Below, piece by piece: positions 1 to 7,968 of a stretch of 64,000 nucleotides of DNA. How positions within the stretch are numbered: position 1 is the first letter of the stretch; every line of letters starts with the position of its first letter. The stretch is from positions 7,500 to 71,499 of the forward strand of contig CALAOR010000057.1 in assembly GCA_937889595.1 (NCBI GenBank), in the 5' to 3' direction. Position numbers and translations under genes: made by a program. This DNA is from an uncultured bacterium (GTDB taxonomy: Bacteria > Oederibacteriota > PGYV01 > Palsa-1178). The notes beneath the pieces were generated by a model, which saw only the letters and a program-made list of their open reading frames with translations, was not told the origin of the DNA and did no database searches.

Positions 1-410
1 TCAGTTATTGTCTGCGTTATTGTCTGCGTTACAGTCTGCGTCACTGTCTGCGTCACTGTCTGCGTCACTGTCTGCGTTACGGTCTGCGTCACTGTCTGTG
101 TTACTGTCTCAGTTATTGTCTGCGTTATTGTCTGCGTTACAGTCTGCGTCACTGTCTGCGTCACTGTCTGCGTCACTGTCTGCGTTACGGTCTGCGTCAC
201 TGTCTGTGTTACTGTCTCAGTTATTGTCTGCGTTATTGTCTGCGTTACAGTCTGCGTCACGGTCTGTGTTACAGTCTGCGTTACTGTCTGTGTTACTGTC
301 TGTGTTACTGTCTGCGTCACCGTCTGCGTTACTGTCTGCGTTACTGTCTGTGTTACAGTCTGCGTCACGGTCTGTGTTACTGTCTGTGTTATTGTCCTTG
401 TCACGGTAAA
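1..410. repeat. 12-bp tandem repeat (TQTV/TQTI) with 108-bp higher-order unit
   Basis: Units such as ACTGTCTGCGTC/T; 1-108 and 109-216 are identical, and a third partial copy starts at 217. Confidence 0.95.
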
Positions 411-1529
411 TGTCGGTGACACGACCATAACCTGCTGGGAATAACCGTTCGGCACAGTGGAGCTGAAAAAGTTGTTTATGGTGCTTGTAAACATTTTTGG
501 ACCGCTGTTTGAAGAAGCGCTGAAAGTTATGACGTCAAAATTTGGATTGCTTAACGTGTTCCATTCGTTGCCGGTATAGTATATCTGTATGTAGTTGCCG
601 AGCTGCGTTACTATTCCGCCCTTCTGGCTTAAAGGCACTCCTATTACCGTAACACCGGGCGGTATAAAGATAAATATGGACGCGATAGGCCCGTCCCCGT
701 TGGCCGCCGCATAATATGAGTATGTTACCGTATCCCCCGATACAGCCGTCACAGGGATTATGTAGGCATAAACAGCCGGAGTGGAAGTACATGTGACGGT
801 TATCGTAGGAGTGTTTGTGAACGTTGGCATTTGAGTCGCTGTATGGGTCAATGTCGCGGTCATAGTATGCGTTAAGGTTTCCGTAGATGTGGGCGTTCCG
901 GAATTTGTGGGAATTTCAGTGTTTGTCTCCGTGAAAGACGGGATTTGTGTCTGAGTGGATGATTCCGTGGGTGAAACAGTTTCGGTCATGATCGGGATGG
1001 AATAATCAACGGAAAGGTATATATAATCTACTGAGAACTGATTGAAGTCCGGGCCAGAAGGCGTAATGGAAAGTCCGAAGGAATTTATGTCCAAGATGCT
1101 CCACGTATGTGATATGGGAATATTGGAAGACTGCGCCACAATGCTTAAGTCAGTGTCGCTTCCGGCTGTCCAGGAGCCGCCGTTATCAAAGGAGTAATTA
1201 ACGCTGAACACATCAGTACCGGTCACCAAAGGCGTTTTCTCGGAGGTCACATGGAGCACCATCAAAGCAACCGAATTAATGACTGCTCCGGTAAACGGGA
1301 ACTGCGCGAATGACGTAAAAAGGCTGGCTCCGGCTGCCGTCGTAGTGGCGCTGTTATAGTCGGGAGTGCTTATGAATGACGCATTTGCCCATGACAAATC
1401 GTTTGGATAGCCTGCCATGGAACCCGTTGCTGACAGATTTATGATATCCGCGTTTACAGCGCTAAAAGAACATGCCCATATCGCGCAAACTGTTATGGAA
1501 AGCCTTATAAATAATGCTCTTAAAGACAA
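1..1529 (-). CDS. Secreted Thr-rich surface protein (3'-truncated at window edge)
   Basis: Absent from the ORF track because it has no stop in the window. Manual translation from TTG at 1529 gives MSLRALFIRLSITVCAIWACSFSAVNA (signal peptide), beta-rich domains, T/P/S linkers, then a (TQTV)n tract running off the edge. Confidence 0.85.
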   Translation of the reverse strand, partial: MSLRALFIRLSITVCAIWACSFSAVNADIINLSATGSMAGYPNDLSWANASFISTPDYNSATTTAAGASLFTSFAQFPFTGAVINSVALMVLHVTSEKTPLVTGTDVFSVNYSFDNGGSWTAGSDTDLSIVAQSSNIPISHTWSILDINSFGLSITPSGPDFNQFSVDYIYLSVDYSIPIMTETVSPTESSTQTQIPSFTETNTEIPTNSGTPTSTETLTHTMTATLTHTATQMPTFTNTPTITVTCTSTPAVYAYIIPVTAVSGDTVTYSYYAAANGDGPIASIFIFIPPGVTVIGVPLSQKGGIVTQLGNYIQIYYTGNEWNTLSNPNFDVITFSASSNSGPKMFTSTINNFFSSTVPNGYSQQVMVVSPTFTVTRTITQTVTQTVTQTVTQTVTQTVTQTVTQTVTQTVTQTVTQTVTQTVTQTVTQTITQTITETVTQTVTQTVTQTVTQTVTQTVTQTVTQTITQTITETVTQTVTQTVTQTVTQTVTQTVTQTVTQTITQTIT

Positions 1530-1731
1530 AATTAACCCTTTTCCAAACCGTTTTTTACACGGTTTTTCAGCGTTTTTTTAGCCTATACAGTTATATTGCC
1601 GTTATTTTCAGAAAAAATGACGAAAGTAAGGCATTTATAGTATACTACAGGTTTCAGGGGTTTTCAAATAGATATTTTCGTATTCCGTATAATAAGGAAG
1701 GCTGGCAATAACCAATAAGTAATTGGTTATT

Positions 1732-2607
1732 TTATTTTTTAGAATGCGGGTGCGCCTTATCATACTCGCGTTTGAGCTTGTTTATGGACAAATGCGTGTA
1801 TATCTGGGTCGTGGAGAGGTTGGCGTGGCCGAGGAGTTCCTGCACTGAACGCAGGTCCGCGCCCCTGTCGAGCAGGTGCGTGGCAAACGAATGGCGGAGC
1901 GTGTGCGGGGTGACTTTTTTTTCTATACCGGCTTTAACCGCGTATTTTTTTATCATCATTTCTATGGCGCGCGTAGTCAGCCTTCCCCTGTTTTTATTTA
2001 TGAACAGGGCGCCTGAAGGCAGTATTTTTTTCAGCTCTTTCATATATTTCCTTAAACACGCCACAGCCTGGCCTCCGGTCGGCACAATCCGTTCTTTCGC
2101 GCCCTTGCCGAGCACTTTTATCTCTTCATTCACAAAATCCACGTCGGTTGTATCAAGCGTGGTTATTTCGTGCACCCTGATGCCGGTTGAATAAAGAAGT
2201 TCGAGTATGGTCTTGTCCCTTAAAGCTAAAAAATCCTTTTCGCCTGCCGCGTCCAGCAGGGCTTCTGTTTCCTGTTCTGTCAGCACGTCCGGGAGGCGCT
2301 TATCGTCTTTGGGTGTAAGTATGTATAAAAAAGGGTTCTTGGATATTTTTTTTATTTTTACCAGGTATTTATAAAAATTCCTGACAGCGATTACTTTGCG
2401 GATAATTGAGGTTTTGTCGTATTTTTTCTTATTTAAAAATTCCAGGAATTCCCTTATCTTATTTTCCTCCACGTCAACCGTTCCTTCCGTGAATCCGAGG
2501 AACTGCCTTATGTCGCGGGAATAGCCGTCAACAGTGTGTATGGAATAATTTTTTTCAAAAGACAGGTATTTGACGTATGCGGCAAGTTCTTCCGAACCAT
2601 TACTCAT
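1732..2607 (-). CDS. xerC: Tyrosine recombinase XerC/XerD family
   Basis: LELLYSTGIR, HTLRHSFATHLL, LLGHANLSTTQIYTH motifs; directly downstream of topA. Confidence 0.85.
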   Translation of the reverse strand: MSNGSEELAAYVKYLSFEKNYSIHTVDGYSRDIRQFLGFTEGTVDVEENKIREFLEFLNKKKYDKTSIIRKVIAVRNFYKYLVKIKKISKNPFLYILTPKDDKRLPDVLTEQETEALLDAAGEKDFLALRDKTILELLYSTGIRVHEITTLDTTDVDFVNEEIKVLGKGAKERIVPTGGQAVACLRKYMKELKKILPSGALFINKNRGRLTTRAIEMMIKKYAVKAGIEKKVTPHTLRHSFATHLLDRGADLRSVQELLGHANLSTTQIYTHLSINKLKREYDKAHPHSKK

Positions 2608-5002
2608 TTGTCTCCGGTTTTGGGGCCTCTTCCGGCTTATCCGCTTTATAGTCGCACTTTTTGCAGTAAATCACGCTGCCTGTCTTTTTCCATTTTTCCA
2701 GCAAAAAATCAGCTCCGCACTGCGGGCATTTTTCCTGGAAGGGCTTGTCCCAAACCATGAATTTGCATGTGGGATAGTTTGAACATCCGTAAAATTTCCT
2801 GTAACGCTTGAAGGTTCTCTCTATGACATCGCCTGTGCCGCAGTCGGGGCACTTGACCCCCATTTTTTTGACTATCTGCCTGGTGTACCTGCAATCAGGG
2901 TACTTTGAGCACGCTATAAAATCGCCGTAGGGCCCGCGCTTGATTATCAGCGGCGCGCCGCATGTGGGGCAGTTTTCATTAAGCTGCACTTCTTCCTTTA
3001 CAGCGCCGTTCTCATCCAGCGGCTTCGCGTTCTTGCATTCGGGGTATTTCTCGCAGGACAGGAACTTTCCGTGGCGCCCCCATTTGATTATCATTTTAGC
3101 GCCGCATTTTTCGCATATAAGACCCGTGTCGCCCTCTATGTCCTTTTTCATGTCAAGCATGTAAGGCTCGGCGGCTTTTAAAAGCACTTCAAACTTGGCA
3201 TAAAAATCCTTTAACAGGTCCTGATACCTTATCGTGCCTTCTTCCACCTTGTCAAGGTCGGCTTCCATTTTTGCGGTAAATTCCTCATTAATAATGTCGG
3301 AAAAATTCTTAAGTATTATTTCGCATACCAGGGTCCCGAGTTCCGTTGGCGTAAACTTGCTTTTTTCCCTTGTTATATACCTGCGCGCGACGAGCGTGGA
3401 AATGATGGGTGCGTAAGTGGAAGGCCTGCCTATGTCCTTTTCCTCCAAAGCCTTGATAAGCGTTGCGTCTGAAAATGACGGAGGCGGCTGTGTAAAGTGC
3501 TGTTCCGGGATAAGTTCTTTTAACCCGAGTTTTTCCCCCTGCACCACGTCAGGCAGGCGGCGCTCTTCCGGCTTGTCTTCATCAAGATTGGCAGACGCGT
3601 TGTCAGCCGGCTTTTCCAGTTCAGTTACAACTTCGTATACCTTTAAGAACCCGTCAAAACGCTGTATGGAGCCGTTTGCCTGGAAAGTATATTCACCTGC
3701 CGATATTTTTACCCTGGTGTCGTCGGAAATCGACGGTGACATCTGGGACGCCACAAAACGCTTCCAGATAAGCGAATATATTTTAAACTGGTCATTGTCC
3801 AGGTTTTCCTTTATATCAGCCGGCTGGCGGAGCACGGAAGACGGACGGATAGCCTCATGCGCGTCCTGCGCCGACTTTTTTGACTTAAAAACATTCGGTG
3901 TCTCCGGAAGGTATTCTTTACCTATGCTGTTTGCTATATATCCGGCCGCTTCTTTCTGCGCCTCTTCAGCGATCCTAAGCGAATCGGTCCTCATGTATGT
4001 TATCAAACCGACCTGCCCTTCGCCTTTTATATCAAGTCCCTCATATAACTGCTGGGCTATCATCATGGTTTTTTGGGCCGTGAAATGATGCTTGTGCGCC
4101 GCGTCCTGCTGGAGGCTTGAGGTTATAAAAGGAGGAAGCGGTTTCCTGCGTCTTTCTTTTTTAACCACCTCGGATATTATGTACTGGGCTTTCTGCAGCT
4201 GCTCAACTATGGCCCGGCTGTCTGTTTCGTTCTTTAAGTCTATTTTTTCATTGTTCTTTTCAGTGAGTTTGGCGTCTATTACCTGTTTGCCGTCATTCTC
4301 AAGTATGGCGCGTATGGACCAGTACTCGACCGGATTGAACTTGTCTATCTCAGCCTGGCGCTCGACTATTAATTTCAGTGCGACTGACTGGACCCTGCCC
4401 GCAGACAGACCTTTTCTGATGGCTTTCCAGAGAAGCGGGCTAAGCTTGTAACCAACGAGCCTGTCGAGTATCCTTCTTCCCTGCTGGGCGTTAACAAGGT
4501 TCATGTTTATCTCACGCGGATTTTCCAGCGCTTTTGTGACGGCTGTTTTTGTTATTTCATTGAATAACACCCTGAATATTTTTTTGTCCTTGAACTTTTT
4601 TACCTCTTCTGCCACGTGCCAGCCTATGGCCTCCCCCTCGCGGTCGGGGTCGGTAGCGAGGTATACTTCATCAACAGTCTTTATTTCTTTTTTTATCTCT
4701 GATAGTATCAGCCGCTTATCCTTAAGGACTATGTAATGCGGCGCAAACTCATGTTCTATATCTATTCCAAGCTTGGATTTTGGAAGGTCTTTTATATGCC
4801 CCTTTGTGGCCATGACCTTATACTTGGAACCGAGGTATTTTTTTATGGTTTTGACCTTGGTAGGCGACTCAACCAGGATAAGTTTGCCGCCCTTTATCTT
4901 TTTGGCCTTTTTCTTCCTGGCTTTCTTTTCAGCAGGAGGTGCGGCGGCGGCTTCTGCGGGCGGCGCTTCCTGCGGGTTTTTGTTTTCTTCGTTTTCAGCC
5001 AA
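2600..5002 (-). CDS. topA: DNA topoisomerase I with C-terminal zinc ribbons
   Basis: LVESPTK, ATDPDREGEAI, SAGRVQS, LITYMRTDS, GIGRPSTY-like motifs and several CxxC ribbons. Confidence 0.97.
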   Translation of the reverse strand: MAENEENKNPQEAPPAEAAAAPPAEKKARKKKAKKIKGGKLILVESPTKVKTIKKYLGSKYKVMATKGHIKDLPKSKLGIDIEHEFAPHYIVLKDKRLILSEIKKEIKTVDEVYLATDPDREGEAIGWHVAEEVKKFKDKKIFRVLFNEITKTAVTKALENPREINMNLVNAQQGRRILDRLVGYKLSPLLWKAIRKGLSAGRVQSVALKLIVERQAEIDKFNPVEYWSIRAILENDGKQVIDAKLTEKNNEKIDLKNETDSRAIVEQLQKAQYIISEVVKKERRRKPLPPFITSSLQQDAAHKHHFTAQKTMMIAQQLYEGLDIKGEGQVGLITYMRTDSLRIAEEAQKEAAGYIANSIGKEYLPETPNVFKSKKSAQDAHEAIRPSSVLRQPADIKENLDNDQFKIYSLIWKRFVASQMSPSISDDTRVKISAGEYTFQANGSIQRFDGFLKVYEVVTELEKPADNASANLDEDKPEERRLPDVVQGEKLGLKELIPEQHFTQPPPSFSDATLIKALEEKDIGRPSTYAPIISTLVARRYITREKSKFTPTELGTLVCEIILKNFSDIINEEFTAKMEADLDKVEEGTIRYQDLLKDFYAKFEVLLKAAEPYMLDMKKDIEGDTGLICEKCGAKMIIKWGRHGKFLSCEKYPECKNAKPLDENGAVKEEVQLNENCPTCGAPLIIKRGPYGDFIACSKYPDCRYTRQIVKKMGVKCPDCGTGDVIERTFKRYRKFYGCSNYPTCKFMVWDKPFQEKCPQCGADFLLEKWKKTGSVIYCKKCDYKADKPEEAPKPETNE

Positions 5003-5039
5003 AGTTTTATCTCCGTATTCAAAAATTTTTATTTATGCA

Positions 5040-6146
5040 TCATAGAGCCCTTACAAAATTTTTCCCCGCCAACTGCTTCACCACGCCTTTCATCTCCAAA
5101 ATAGTGAGAAGCGGGCTTAATTTAATAATCTCTATATTACTTTCAATTGAAATATTGTCAATATGTTTTTTTTCAAAATTAAGCGCGTCATATACTTTTT
5201 TCTCGTTTTCATCGAGTTTGAGCAGGTTCATCTCCTGCTGCACGTTGCGTTCTTTCGGTTTCGCCAGCAGTTCAAACTCCTCTGTTATGTCGTATATGGA
5301 CATCACGGATTTTGCGCCCTGCTTTATCAGGTTGTTTGCGCCTACGGATTTATCGGCGAATATGTTCCCCGGGACGGCGAATACTTCCCTGCCCTGCTCC
5401 AGTGCGTAATTCGCCGTTATCAGCGCGCCGCTTCTTTCCCCCGCTTCCACGACCAGTATGCCGTCGGACAATCCCGATATCACCCTGTTCCTCCTTGGAA
5501 AGTTCTGCTTTAAAGGCATCATGTCCAGCGGGAATTCCGAGATCAATACTCCCGCCTTTATTATGTGCCGGGCAATATAGTGCTCTTCAAACGGCCATAT
5601 CTTATTGAGCCCGAAACCCAGTATGGCGGCAGTATAAATGTTTTCCCTGATTGACTCCATGTGGGCGATCGTGTCTATACCCCTGGCCATGCCGGACACC
5701 ACTGCAAAGCACAGTTTGGTCTGCTTCATTTCATTGAGTATTTTTTTCAGTGCGCGCTCGCCGTAGTCAGTCGCCATCCTGGTGCCGACTATCCCGATAT
5801 TTAAGGCATTTGCCGGCCATTTGTCATAACGTCCCGCGCAGTACAAAACAGGCGGCGGGTCAAATATGTTCCTTAACTGCCGCGGATAATCATCGTCGAA
5901 AACCGTGATAATCCTTATGTTTTTTTCCGCACATTCTTTTAATTCATTTTCAACCGAGTAAAAATTATTAAAATGAATTATGTACCTGATTATTTCCGTC
6001 CCAATGCCGTCCACTTCCGATAATTGCTGCGCCGTGGCCTCAAAAACATTTTCAGGCGACCCGAACCTGCCTATGAGCCGGTTTAACTTTACCGAGCCTA
6101 TCCCGGGCACCATATTTAAAGCGATAATAGCCGTGCGTGTATCCAT
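5040..6146 (-). CDS. dprA: DNA-processing protein DprA
   Basis: IVGTR, VSGMARGID, FPRRNRVISGLS, VVEAGERSGALITA, GREVFAVPG. Confidence 0.96.
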   Translation of the reverse strand: MDTRTAIIALNMVPGIGSVKLNRLIGRFGSPENVFEATAQQLSEVDGIGTEIIRYIIHFNNFYSVENELKECAEKNIRIITVFDDDYPRQLRNIFDPPPVLYCAGRYDKWPANALNIGIVGTRMATDYGERALKKILNEMKQTKLCFAVVSGMARGIDTIAHMESIRENIYTAAILGFGLNKIWPFEEHYIARHIIKAGVLISEFPLDMMPLKQNFPRRNRVISGLSDGILVVEAGERSGALITANYALEQGREVFAVPGNIFADKSVGANNLIKQGAKSVMSIYDITEEFELLAKPKERNVQQEMNLLKLDENEKKVYDALNFEKKHIDNISIESNIEIIKLSPLLTILEMKGVVKQLAGKNFVRAL

Positions 6147-6182
6147 GCGTAAAAACCCCCTCTATAGTGGTTTACCAGAAGT

Positions 6183-6211
6183 AATATATAGAAAAATTGT
6201 TTGTAAGTCAA
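6183..6211 (-). promoter_or_regulatory. Putative sigma70 promoter of dprA-topA-xerC
   Basis: TTGACT-N17-TATATT on the minus strand, ~35 bp upstream of the dprA ATG. Confidence 0.55.
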
Positions 6212-6261
6212 GAGTGATATGTGTTAGCTATCCTCTTTTATACTTTAAATTTTTTGATTTT

Positions 6262-6287
6262 GTAGAGAGGGGGCTTGCCCACTCTCT
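6262..6287 (+). repeat. GTAG-type REP-like hairpin
   Basis: GTAGAGAGGGGGCTTGCCCACTCTCT: GTAG foot plus imperfect palindrome. Confidence 0.5.
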
Positions 6288-6322
6288 AACGCCGGCTTTA
6301 CAAAATGTATAACCATACAAAC

Positions 6323-6496
6323 GAGACTGTCGGAAAGCCTTATAAAACCATGAAATTCTTTATCGTGTCCGGTGCGGATGAAATTTTTCTATGACCTGTG
6401 CGCCACTAAACCCTTTATAATACAAGCGCACAATCCATAGAAAAATTTCATCCGTGCCGGACACGACCTATCATTAAGGACTTTTCCGACAGTATC
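6323..6496. mobile_element. MITE-like element family A, full copy
   Basis: TIRs GAGACTGTCGGAAAG...CTTTTCCGACAGTATC; internal ~31-bp inverted repeat (TCGTGTCCGGTGCGGATGAAATTTTTCTATG / CATAGAAAAATTTCATCCGTGCCGGACACGA); CAAAC on both flanks (possible TSD); multiple copies in the window. Confidence 0.8.
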
Positions 6497-6520
6497 CAAA
6501 CAGCCGTTTAAAAGCCTTCG

Positions 6521-6547
6521 GTGAGCGGCAGCAAGCAGCCGCTCTAC
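6521..6547 (-). repeat. GTAG-type REP-like hairpin
   Basis: Minus strand reads GTAGAGCGGCTGCTTGCTGCCGCTCAC. Confidence 0.55.
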
Positions 6548-6629
6548 AGATTATTATTCATACATGCCTGCAACCACCCTTGCCAAACTTGTTTCTTTTG
6601 GTGTATACTTATCTCAAAGGCAGGTGCCC

Positions 6630-7157
6630 ATGAAAAAGCCGTTTATTGTTTTATTCACCTTTTTAACTTTTTTTTCCTTATTAAACGCCGGTGAATTTTC
6701 AAATACCCTTGAAGTAAAGATCCGTGCGCTTGTAAACGTCGAGCGTGTAAAGTACGGTTTAAAGCCCTTAAAGAAAAACCTGACGCTCGGTAAAATCGCG
6801 CGCGGCCACTCAGTGGACATGACTGTCCGCGATTATACCGACCATGTCGACCCGGACGGTTTGGATCCCACAGGCAGGGCAAAAAAAGCCGGCTTTAAGA
6901 CCACCATAAAAAGAGGCAACATCACCCGGGTGGGCGTGGGCGAGAATATTTATGAAACACAGTCATACATGGAGGAAAACGGCGTAAAAACTCCTTATCT
7001 GGAAAAATTGGACATAGTTGCAAATAAAGCAATAGTCGGGTGGATGAACAGCCCGGGCCACAGGAAAAATATTTTAAACCCCGATTATACGATGGAAGGC
7101 ACGGGCGCGGCAGTGTCAAAGGATAAAAAGGTCAAGGTAACGCAGATGTTCTTTTAG
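6630..7157 (+). CDS. CAP/SCP-domain secreted protein
   Basis: Signal peptide from ATG 6630 (MKKPFIVLF); VNVER, ARGHSVDM, GENI, WMNSPGHRKNIL motifs. Confidence 0.9.
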   Translation: MKKPFIVLFTFLTFFSLLNAGEFSNTLEVKIRALVNVERVKYGLKPLKKNLTLGKIARGHSVDMTVRDYTDHVDPDGLDPTGRAKKAGFKTTIKRGNITRVGVGENIYETQSYMEENGVKTPYLEKLDIVANKAIVGWMNSPGHRKNILNPDYTMEGTGAAVSKDKKVKVTQMFF

Positions 7158-7173
7158 TTACGACAGTAACTAT

Positions 7174-7932
7174 TTACCAGTCTGTTTTTACAGGTTTTTC
7201 TTCCTTTTCATCATTGCCAAACGCGAGCATCAGGCCCGCGCCTATATAAAAACCCGAATAATCGACATTCTGGGGCGTTACTTCATTCCCGTACAGCGGC
7301 CCCCAGTTTATATCTATGCTTCCCTTTGCATACCTGTAGCCGCCCCGGAATGAAACGCCAAACTTGTCATTCAGCCACATGTCCATACCGGCCTCAAAAT
7401 TAAAGCCGTACAGGGCCGTGTTCCATGTTTTTTCAATTGTAAGCATATCTGACCCGTCGGGATAATATATAATGTCTTTTTCCCTGTTCCCCGAATTCAG
7501 GTAAAAGCAGGCGTCTGCCCCAACATAAAATGCGGCAATATACTTTCTTACCCCGAAACCGCCGTAATACACGCTGTAGTCGGACGTCATCTTTTCAAAA
7601 ACTGTTGCAGGATCGTAAAAGAGTTTTGATTCATTCCCCGCGTTAAGCCTTCCCCCGCGGAAATAAACCCCCCATGTTCCCGAATTTAAGCTCTCAAGGT
7701 TATAAACATAGCTGAATTCCGAAAGTACCGCGGTATCCATCCTGTTAAACTGCGATGATATCCCGTAGTAATTATATATATCGCGGCTTTGCTGGATCAA
7801 GGTATTGTAATCGGACATGGTTATCTGGTCATAAGCGATAAAAATTTCCATGTAACTTTTATTATTTGAGGCGCCCGCCCGGATTAACCCGGCTAAAAAA
7901 ACAAAAGTGATTATAATCGCATATTTTTTCAT
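7174..7932 (-). CDS. Putative outer-membrane beta-barrel protein
   Basis: Signal peptide and amphipathic aromatic strands (GFNFEAGMDMWL, SFRGGYRYA, FYIGAGLMLAF). Confidence 0.7.
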   Translation of the reverse strand: MKKYAIIITFVFLAGLIRAGASNNKSYMEIFIAYDQITMSDYNTLIQQSRDIYNYYGISSQFNRMDTAVLSEFSYVYNLESLNSGTWGVYFRGGRLNAGNESKLFYDPATVFEKMTSDYSVYYGGFGVRKYIAAFYVGADACFYLNSGNREKDIIYYPDGSDMLTIEKTWNTALYGFNFEAGMDMWLNDKFGVSFRGGYRYAKGSIDINWGPLYGNEVTPQNVDYSGFYIGAGLMLAFGNDEKEEKPVKTDW

Positions 7933-7968
7933 TTTTCCCTGTTTGACATTATCCGTATTTATTGACCG

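Noticed and set aside
8-409. 133-aa plus-strand ORF (LSAL/SASL repeats)
   Set aside because: Antisense shadow of the TQTV repeat; the real gene is on the minus strand with a signal peptide and SD.
1-410. Possible CRISPR array
   Set aside because: Contiguous coding tandem repeat without unique spacers; no cas genes or repeat-spacer arrays seen anywhere in the window.
1732-2607. Tyrosine recombinase as a prophage/island integrase
   Set aside because: XerC-like size and motifs in the usual dprA-topA-xerC context; no phage genes or att repeats seen.
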